A DNA stretch of 61,190 bases, the filler included, from Ionaspis alba (lineage: Eukaryota), in the NCBI GenBank assembly GCA_964255285.1. It is 7 parts of 7 records of this genome, joined end to end, with 100 filler letters (N's around TTAATTAATTAA, not from the genome) between each part and the next. Parts side by side here need not be neighbours in the genome. Positions count along the whole stretch, not along the records: positions 52,547 to 61,190 come from CAXUUL010000721.1; 6 more parts are not named here. The stretch is one strand, 5' to 3'. A program made the position numbers and the translations under genes. Shown in pieces: positions 52,547 through 61,190 of this stretch. Positions within the stretch are counted from its first letter, which is position 1. Each line of letters opens with the position of its first letter. Below the pieces are notes generated by a model. That model ran no database searches, had not been told where the DNA came from, and worked only from the letters and a program-made list of their open reading frames with translations.

Positions 52547-53372
52547 GCCATTCATCGGGTAGGCGTGCTATCACACTAGATTGCCCTCTTCAGCATTGCT
52601 TCCACTTCTTTGGTCCACTGCAAACTCCGTACTCAGAATCAGTCAAGTCCGCCCCACATCTCAACACCCCGCCATCTCGTGCTTCGGCTTCGTAATCTGG
52701 CTGCTCCGGCTTCCCAGTACAGCCGGTCGATTTGCTCGGCGATATGCCGGATTGCTTGGGAGGAGTAGACCGTGAGGTTGTGGTGCCGGATGTGGGAGTT
52801 GACTTTGTATTTCTTAGCTTACATGTTTCAGATGACGCTGTTGGGGATGTTTACGCTTGTGCACGACTTCTTGCACGACTTTTTCTTTAAGGTCAGCCCG
52901 GGCGGGCGGGACAGTGGTGCGCCAATTGGGAGTGGGTGCGAGGGGAGCGTTGAAAATGCGGACTTGGGAGGTGAGGAAGTTCTTTTTGTGGAAGATTGTG
53001 GTTATGGTCACTTTGCTCAGTATCTACATTTTGTTTTGAAAGGTGATGATAGAGGGACCTCGAGTGTTGGGCTGCAGGAGAGTTCGACGTGTTTAAAGAA
53101 ATGGTTTAGGGTTCGAGGGCACTTTGCGGTCTTGGTGGAACCGTTTTAGGAGGGGCAGGCGGTGCTACTAATGTAGTACTGAGAAGTCTGTAACATTGTG
53201 GAACAAAGAAGTAAATTCCAGCAGACCTCGTTGTAGATTTGGACATATACATGCGAACCTAAAACAAATCACCACCCGAAAATTCCCAATCCTTCTCGTG
53301 CGTCTCTCTATCTGCGCAGCAGGTATTTGGCCATGAACATGCGTTTTGAGCTCCTGGTGATGTTTCGTCATT

Positions 53373-54467
53373 TTAGACAGCGTTCCCTGGAAGAGGCTTG
53401 TTATTTGGACCCGTCAAGACTCTGGGAGGAGGATCCTTTAGCAAAGACTGTTCCAGTATCTCCTTGACGACCTCATGATTGTCCAGCCCACGTAGTACCA
53501 GCTTGTCCAACTTCCACCCAGTCTCGCGCAGTCCAATTAGGATCGATGGTGAAAAGCGCTCTGTCCTGCTCAATTCCCAATTCGAAAAGTCCAGTTCCAG
53601 CTTCTTCAAGTTTGGGAGATGGTTAGCAGCCGTTGACTTGACCTTGGAGTCCGGATCGCCCATATAGGAATAAGAATCTCGTTCTTTGAATACTGCATCG
53701 TATCCAATGGCCCAGTCACTAGCTTGCTCCACAAGCCCTTGTTTGCGTGTTTTATACGGTTCTATGCGGTTGCCAATCACAAGCCGTACATTCGTCATAC
53801 GCTGTGTTCGTTTCCATCCCAATCCGCGGTTTGAGCGGAGTGAGCGGAAGGCAGATATCTCTCTCGCTTTGGTGAAAGAAAAGGTGTTCTGGTATAGAAT
53901 GGGTGAGGCCTCCCGATAGATCTGCCTGGAAGTGAGTAGAATAGAGGAATCGATGTCTGGGATTCGTTCCACGTCGTCCGTGCGATATTCTATCAGCTGT
54001 CGACTTGGATTTTTGATTGTGTGAGCCGAGAGCAAGACTTCTCCGTAGATCTTCAATCTTATTTCAAGAGGAATCCGTAAGAACAAGGGCAATTGGAACG
54101 TCGAACAATCGCCGTGGTCTTTCAGTGACGTGGTGGCTTCCATGCATGGACTGTCGCCGGGTCCCTCCATCTCCATATCGCAGTCGGTGGCGTCGTGCTG
54201 TTGTTCCGAAGCCTCTTCCTTTGACAATAGAGCGGGGCTTTCGTGCTGTTCAGTGCCTTCCATCGTTAGCGACATTGGATCCGTCTTCCAACCCACACCT
54301 CGATTTAGCTTCGAGATGACCTTTGCGGTTGCTCGCATCATCTGCCTATGACGAATCGTCGCATTTCTCTCGTTCCTGTCGAGCTTAGCTCCATTCTCCG
54401 CCAACTGCGCAACTACATTACGAAGGAGGCCTTTCGTGGACACCTTTGATTTCCTTGTCATTGCCAT
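53373..54467 (-). CDS. Hypothetical protein with an F-box-like motif
   Basis: FLRIPLEIRLKIYGEVL, SILLTSRQIYREASPILYQNTFSF and LPNLKKLELDFS. First ATG at 54467. Confidence 0.7.
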   Translation of the reverse strand: MAMTRKSKVSTKGLLRNVVAQLAENGAKLDRNERNATIRHRQMMRATAKVISKLNRGVGWKTDPMSLTMEGTEQHESPALLSKEEASEQQHDATDCDMEMEGPGDSPCMEATTSLKDHGDCSTFQLPLFLRIPLEIRLKIYGEVLLSAHTIKNPSRQLIEYRTDDVERIPDIDSSILLTSRQIYREASPILYQNTFSFTKAREISAFRSLRSNRGLGWKRTQRMTNVRLVIGNRIEPYKTRKQGLVEQASDWAIGYDAVFKERDSYSYMGDPDSKVKSTAANHLPNLKKLELDFSNWELSRTERFSPSILIGLRETGWKLDKLVLRGLDNHEVVKEILEQSLLKDPPPRVLTGPNNKPLPGNAV

Positions 54468-54747
54468 GGTAGTCGAGCTGTCAAAGTATGCCAGGAAGAT
54501 TCGTCCTCGTGGATTCACTAGGCTGTATGAGCAGCTGTCTTCGAAATCGATGGCGACAGATATTAGAAGTATTGGTGGTTTCCGGAGGAATTTATATGTG
54601 AAAAATCTCTTGACGGTGTGGTCGAAACCAAAATTTCAAAACCTGGAATGGTGACCACCAAGCCACATCGATCCATGGTTCAATCACGAAATCTTCAAAT
54701 ATGAGGATGCTAGCCCACTCAACGATGGGTACAATATTGAACGCTAA

Positions 54748-55517
54748 TTAGGATGACTCCGATTGTACAGTTTGCTATAGGCAAAGGTGTCAGTAGCTTA
54801 CCTGTGGAGCGGTCTTGGAGGAACTTACCACCAGCCAGTCCATGCCCTCGTTGACTCCTCTGCCATCGACAGCAGAACACGCCATAATACTCCAGTTCCT
54901 ATCTCGAAGCTCTCCTAACCTTAAAGCCTCTGAAATGTCCCCTGCTCCCTTCGCCCCTGGTTGATCTTGTTTGTTGGCAAAGACCAACAACGCCGCCTCT
55001 TTCAGTTCATCTTCATTCAGCATCGCTGCAAGCTCTTCCGAAGCTGTACCTAGTCGATCGATATCCGTGGAGTCGATAACGAATATTACGGCCGCAGTGT
55101 TGGCATAGTAGCATCTCCAGTATGGTCTTATGGAAGTCTGACCACCAAGATCCTGACATACTCATTAGCAACTGCTGCCTATAGCTAATGGCCTGACATC
55201 TCATACCCAGACATTGAAATTGAGATTCTTATAAGTTACGGACTCGACATTGAAGCCTATCGTCGGTATCGTGGTGACAACCTCGCCTATCTGAGAACGA
55301 TTCAATCAGTGTACTGATCCAGTTCTCTCTTCTTCGTATTGGCCACACCTTCAGCCTATAGAGTAGAGTCGTCTTTCCAGCATTATCCTATCGCTCGGAT
55401 TAGCTACGCAACGTATGCCCATTGGGATCTGAAGCATACCAAACCTAATATTAATATTCTGATCTCTTTCTTGGTCCATAAGAGACCCGAGAGTATCCGC
55501 GACACTGAACCGCCCAT
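54748..55517 (-). CDS. ARL1: ADP-ribosylation factor-like GTPase Arl1, 5 exons
   Basis: [57 protein letters not shown]...|[19 protein letters not shown]...[11 protein letters not shown]; myristoylation-type MG start. Confidence 0.97.
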
Positions 55518-55525
55518 CTTAGAGC

Positions 55526-55625
55526 NNNNNNNNNNNNNNNNNNNNNNNNNNNNNNNNNNNNNNNNNNNNNNNNNNNNNNNNNNNNNNNNNNNNNNNNNNN
55601 NNNNNNNNNNNNNNNNNNNNNNNNN
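55526..55625. other. Scaffold gap flanked by an identical 55-bp direct duplication (assembly overlap artefact)
   Basis: 55471-55525 equals 55626-55680. This gap has no TTAATTAATTAA spacer. Confidence 0.9.
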
Positions 55626-56481
55626 TTGGTCCATAAGAGACCCGAGAGTATCCGCGACACTGAACCGCCCATCTTAGAGCTCCGGGTTATGTGCGTTGGT
55701 TATAAACGGGTCGGAGGCTGTAAAACAATAACTGAATGAAAGAATGTAACTCGATTTGAAAGCCAGGTGCTGTCCGGGGTTGCGTCGGGCGTGCTATTTC
55801 TCCTCTTTTGTGGGCTTGAGCAGTGCGTGTAGCTGGTCTCTGACGTATAACTTCACCTATTCGTCTTCACTACCATCTCGGTCATATCGTAAGAAGGCCG
55901 AATCCATATCGGAGCCGTAGATTTACCGCTTCCGTGCATTGGGCACATGCCTCGGGTCGTCCCGAGGACCTACTTCCGCCAACTTTTCGCGACGTCTCTC
56001 GCTTTGTTTGCTTCACCATCGCGAGCCGAGCTGAAAGCCACAATATAGTACCACCACTGCCATCAATGATTCAGGGGCACCTGGCGGCTTCAGCTTCGCG
56101 ATACTATCACCAACTCGGCAGATGGCGGTTCTTGTCGAATGTGATGTGAATCTTGGCTCACATCCGCTCATGCCGCTTTCGCTCAGACCTCGAGCGATGG
56201 CGTGTTGCATGCTTTCACAGCTGAGAGTAGGACGGTTGCCACTATATCACGAGGATTGGAAGAGTACCAAATCAGATACGATATGTTTCTGAATTCCGTC
56301 TTGGTATGGGCTTGGAAATATTCTGCCTTGTCGTTACGTCCCGCCATGTCGCTTCTATTTAACATGGCTACTTTTTCGTGCTTTTCCTTCCGTTTGGGCT
56401 CTCCACCAGACAAGCAAGATATCAAAATCATCTATAATCACTCTGAAAACGTGACACTCGTACGCAATCGTGCTCGTACCG

Positions 56482-59400
56482 ATGGCTTCGACAGGTCCTC
56501 ACCCACCTGGCGGCCCTATCCCCACGAACCCGACTCATGCTCCTAACCCTCCCGCGTCGTCAGGGTCGAATACCACCGGAGGTACGGGTGCAACACCATC
56601 AGGTTCTGAAGCAGATCCCATTGCCACCAAGCCAACTACTTTTGAGCAACTTCTGGTCAAAGTCAAGAGCACCAATGCCACTTCTACAGACAAAATCCCC
56701 GTAGATGTCTCATTCGATCGACTGGTCACGATCAATGCCCAATCGGAGGAAAGCAAGGGCCAAGATGTCACCATCCGCGATACCTTACGTTTCAATCTTT
56801 CTGAAAATCTTAGTGGCGAAGCTACCTTGTCCGATGTCATTTACCCGTCTTCCCTCACTGTAGAGGTGCTGGGCGGTGACGGCATACCAAAGGTCCGGAA
56901 AGATGCGAAAGTAACCAAAGAGAATACGGAAGGCTTGTCCATCGACCTTACACAAGCGGATGTTGACACCATCCTGAAGACAGCGAAACCTCCGCCTAAG
57001 CAAGATTCCATTATTGAACGACCAGCTCTTTTTGTCGAGATTGCTATGAACAGTAAAGCACCTAAAGCTAACTTTGCCAATGCCAATCTCCTGGTTGCTC
57101 CACTCCGATTCGGCGAACAGGGGGCCGATTGGACTCGTGATGGGTTTGCAAGCATCCTGAAAAGTGACAAAGGGCCCATCACGATCGCCCAGCCTTTGAA
57201 GACTCCTCTCCCAGTTGGTATAGCAAGCCTTCCATGGACAGAAAGTCGAGTCGCAGTCGATGGCAGGTTCACAGCCAAGTTCATTGCTGGCAATTACAAT
57301 GCTTGGGCCTGGTTGCTCACGGGGGCTCGCCCCGACAGCATGCTCGGAGTCATAGCAGATGACAACCTCAAAGAAGACAGTGTACAGGTTCGTTCCATCA
57401 TTCTACCATCAGCTCCTGCCCCATCGGACTCGGGCTCGGGACAGGGGGACGACAAAGGGACACCGGCAGGTGGAGACTCAGGAGAGTGCCATTGCGATTC
57501 GGGTACTCGAGTACCAGCGGTTGTTTCTGAAACGGAGCTTGCCAACAATCCTGACGTCTACACGGAAGATCCGGGGTCCTTTTGCAAGCCTTTCTCTAAT
57601 CCAGAGCGTATCCTGTCGGAACGGTCGTTCTACAGCATCTTGAGGATTGAGCAGCCTGTTCTGTCCGCCTCGGCCAGTTCTTTACTGAGGAATCCTCTAC
57701 TGTTGGATCTCGATCCTGTTAGGTTCAATCCAGCTGTATCGCATCTCGCTGATGCTCAGCCAAGAACCCTTGCCTTCAACTTGGGTACCATCAATAGGGC
57801 AAATTTGATACCAAAATTCGGTGGCATTTGGGACGTTCTCGAAGGGGGCCGTTACGAGATGAGCGCGAAGCATCCAATGCAGTGGGAAGGAGACAGTCTG
57901 AAATATCAAGCAACAACGGTAGCCGTGGGCCATATCCTTGAATTCAGGCTGAGAACCAGAAGCAACGGATACAGTCTTGGGGGTGTGGCTAAAACGATGA
58001 CACTAGCTCCTAGACAAACAAAGCGTATGGCACACGCCGAATATACCACTTTGATAAACAGCCACTAACGTGGAGAACCCAGGTATTGAAAAGATCGAAT
58101 GGGCGCGCACGGAGCGAGCCGCGAGGATCGAGAGAGGGCAGCTGACTGATGCTACCAATGATTCGATGACTCACGATACATCCTATCAGGACGCCGTAGG
58201 AGCGACTCTGAACGAATGGTCACAAGGTAGTTCGTCTAGTAGTGTGACTTCCGCAGCTGCTGGAGGTGGCCTGGCTCTTGGTCCTGTTGTTATCGGCGGC
58301 GGTGTCGCGACATCCTCATCGAAGTCCTCCAGCCAACAGCGTGGAGGCAGGGATACAACCGCTTCGGAAGAATCGCAGTGGCGTGATGCAGTTCGAAGGC
58401 ATGGCGATGCATTGAGGAAGCAGGAATCAATGGTCGTGCAGGAAGTGACAGAAAGCGAGACTGTGACAGGTAATAAGGCACATACTGTTCCTAAAGCTGC
58501 GCATATCTGACCTTTGAGCAGGGACGACGGAGGTCATTCGCAACATAAACTACGCCCACAGCCTCACCGTTGTATACCACAACATCCTCCGCCACTTGCG
58601 AGTGGATACCGAGTTTGCTGCTGTCAGGGAATGCTTGTTCGTTCCGTTGGCAATGAAGCCGTTCACGCAAGAACGCGCATTGAGATGGAAAGAGACGCTC
58701 GCGAGAGTGCTCAGGAATCGCAAATATTCTCGTGCTATGACTTACATCAAAGATGTCGTTACAAACTTTGCAAACTCCTCTATCCCTCCCGGTCGAAGGT
58801 CTGATCATCCAATTCGATCCCTTTGGGGTTCTATCTACATCGAGATCGGTATTCCTCGACCCAGCGACAGTGCAGATGGCAAATATGATGCAACAAACTG
58901 GGCCCGGCTTCTGCCATTTCTCCCACTGCCAGCTCTTTCCATCTGGCAACAACTTCAAGTTATGGTTGAAAGCCTTAAGGACCAGGCCTTCCAGAAACAA
59001 TACGCCCCAGCGATCGCAAGGAAATGGTGCGACCACCTCCAAATCAAAGACAGCAACAAGGTTCTTACAGCAGATTTCACTCTCGCTACGGAATATCGTT
59101 TCAACGGGCGGGTCCGTGTAGACTTCACGGCTGACACTGAAGGTGTGACTCGGGAAACTCTCAGCAACATTACTATCTCGGCGCTCGATCCACTTCTACC
59201 AGGTTCCATAGCCAACGTCAAAAGTTTGAGCTACAATTACGAGACTGATTACGAACGCGGAAGCGTCTCCTTAAATCGTGGCACGGCTGATTTGATCTCT
59301 TCCGATCTCGGCACCGTCGATCTAAGTGGAGCAAAATTCAGCTCCGTCCCGTCGGCGTATGAAAGAACGAACGTTCAAGACGAGCTCAGGTTTGCGGTCA

Positions 59401-60983
59401 AGGATCTAGTCGATCATCTCAACGAATATGTTGAGTACTACCACAAGGCCATCTGGTGGAACATGGACCGTGATCGTCTCTTCATGCTCATTGACGGCTT
59501 CACAGTTCCCAAACTTGACAAGGCTGTAAGCATTGCCAACGTTGTTGAGAGAGACCCCATCGCTTTCGCAGGCAACTCACTCGTCTTTCGTGTATCCGCA
59601 GGAGTCTTCATTGGCTCCAAAGATCCGAAACTCGAAGATCCCGAGGCTTTGTTCAACCATTATAACACGGGCAAGGGGGTGTCCGCGCCGATGCATATCA
59701 GTCTTCCTACTGATGGGCTATATGCCCAGACTATCATGGATGATTGCAACGCTCTTGAGGAACATTATGGAAACCATGACTGGGCATTGAACGACCCTGA
59801 CCCTGAACTTGGTCCGCTGGATCCTAGCCTACTTACGACTCGCCGAGCAGATCCACCGAAGACAGATCCCACACCCTTCCCATCCACGATCATCAATCTG
59901 TCGAACGCCACACCCGCTCCTGGACCCCAAGGGGTGGCTGGTGCTCTGAATGCTGTGCAGAACGCCAATGCGTTCCGTGACATGGCTGGACTTGCTGGAA
60001 CGCAGCAATTAGCTACAGCGGGACTGACGGCCGCTACTTCGCTCGCCACTAGCTTTGGCGCATCTGCTGCAGCACTTAAGATGGCCGACACCGCTGGCAA
60101 GCAGCAGGCTGTCGCGGACGCTGACAAGAAGCTGGCTTCCATTGCTCGTGCAAAGGACAAGCAACTTATTCCTAACGCTGAAGCTGAGAAACAAGCCGTC
60201 CAAGTGCTCCAGGACATGTCTGGCTCCCAGCCCGCCAAAGCCCCTCACGAGGACCCAGCCATTCAAAGCATCATCAAATCAGCCAAAGAAGCATCTGACA
60301 ATGGTGCTCCGACGTCTCTCGAGGCTTCGACCACAGAAGGTTCCGTGCTTCTCAACTTTGGAATGCCCGAAAGTGCTATTTTAGCATCTAACGTGGCTGC
60401 GAACGGGGCAAGGCGACCGCGTCCAGACTTCCAAACTTTCCAGAGAGAAGATTGGGACTATGCTTCGCATCCCAATAGCACAGAAGTTCTCAGGGCTCTC
60501 AATGACGCTTGGGTCAACAACAGCGCGTTCTCTAACACGTGCACCATGCGTATCTCCCGCGGCTTGAATTACTCTGGCGTTCTCCTGCCGAAGCCCGGCA
60601 AGTTCAACGGCCTTCTGACCATCATCTGCAAAGACGGCCGTCCATACGCTATCCGCGTCAAGGAAATGCGCAAATATCTCACAACCATCTGGGGCGAGCC
60701 TGACTTCGACATCAAAAACAAAAGATCTGGCGAGGATTTTAACCCTGCCGATCATCCTGAGCTAGTCAATCATAACGGCATCATCGCCTTTGATATTGCG
60801 TTTGGTGGTACTGCGCCGGCATCGGGCCATTTCGATATCTGGAATGGGGTGATGTTCTCGCATGAGTCGTCGGAGCCCGAGGCTGGAGCGACAGATCCGA
60901 AGGATTATTGGAAGTTGGCGACGAGAATCAGTTTGTGGTATCTGCCCATGAGTCCGGATGTGGAGGCGCCAGAGGACATTTAG
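56482..60983 (+). CDS. Large three-exon protein (about 1463 aa) with a toxin-scaffold-like central region and a C-terminal Tae4-like (T6SS amidase effector, NlpC/P60 papain-like) peptidoglycan amidase domain
   Basis: Exons 56482-58024, 58083-58469 and 58522-60983 are joined in frame by introns GTATGG..CTAAC..CAG and GTAATA..CTGAC..CAG. The C-terminus reads RPDF...FSNTCTMRISRGLNYSG...KDGRPYAIRVKEMRKYL...GEPD...NGIIAFDI...SGHFDIWNG...SLWYL. Confidence 0.82.
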
Positions 60984-61190
60984 TGGTCCGAAGAATTGTG
61001 AGACTATGTGTGGGAGTAGTGGGTTTTATTCCTCTATGCGGAAGGCACTGGTCGCTCAATTTGCAGCTCTTATGCGGGTATCTGTATCGAGGTTTACGTA
61101 GCTTTTGTGATTTATTTAGTCTATCTTGATCCTGGTCCATCCATTCGACGTTTACTGCACATTGACCCACGGCTATAATCTACTTCCTGT

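Noticed and set aside
52547..53371. Short minus-strand ORFs with a possible splice donor near 52820
   Set aside because: No recognisable protein motif and cut by the contig edge; cannot be supported.
55471..55680. Apparent duplication of the ARL1 first exon (55-bp direct repeat)
   Set aside because: An exact 55-bp overlap on both sides of a 100-N gap is typical of an unmerged k-mer overlap in assembly.
29039..60983. A defence island linking the ZNFX1-like helicase, the F-box-like genes and the Tae4 fusion
   Set aside because: They lie on different, artificially joined contigs. Only the 53373-54467 gene shares a contig with the Tae4 fusion.
56470..60983. Three separate genes or a bacterial operon/contaminant (ORFs of 532, 146 and 795 aa)
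   Set aside because: Canonical spliceosomal introns join them in frame, and the contig carries intron-rich ARL1.

Overview
Eukaryotic DNA from a filamentous ascomycete (Pezizomycotina; short GT-AG introns with CTAAC/CTGAC branch sites). The window is not one locus. It is seven contigs of 8673, 8662, 8662, 8654, 8650, 8645 and 8644 bp, sorted by length and joined by 100-nt N linkers carrying TTAATTAATTAA, so gene neighbourhood is only meaningful within a contig. Most genes are housekeeping: INO80, NHX1, BUD32, glutamate-cysteine ligase regulatory subunit, AP-1 sigma, MAF1, NOP16, a nitrate transporter, D-serine dehydratase, MVD1/ERG19, a cytochrome c/c1 heme lyase, a PEP12-like syntaxin, NDC1, a Zn2Cys6 factor, adenine deaminase and ARL1. 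There is also a ZNFX1-like helicase and three F-box-like hypothetical genes. The standout is 56482-60983, a three-exon gene of about 1463 aa that the ORF track splits into three pieces. Its C-terminus looks like a bacterial type VI secretion peptidoglycan amidase effector (Tae4 family) with intact catalytic Cys and His. It is fused behind a large toxin-scaffold-like region and lies next to ARL1. It is a candidate domesticated, bacteria-derived antibacterial toxin in a fungus. All family assignments come from motif recognition by eye, not database searches.
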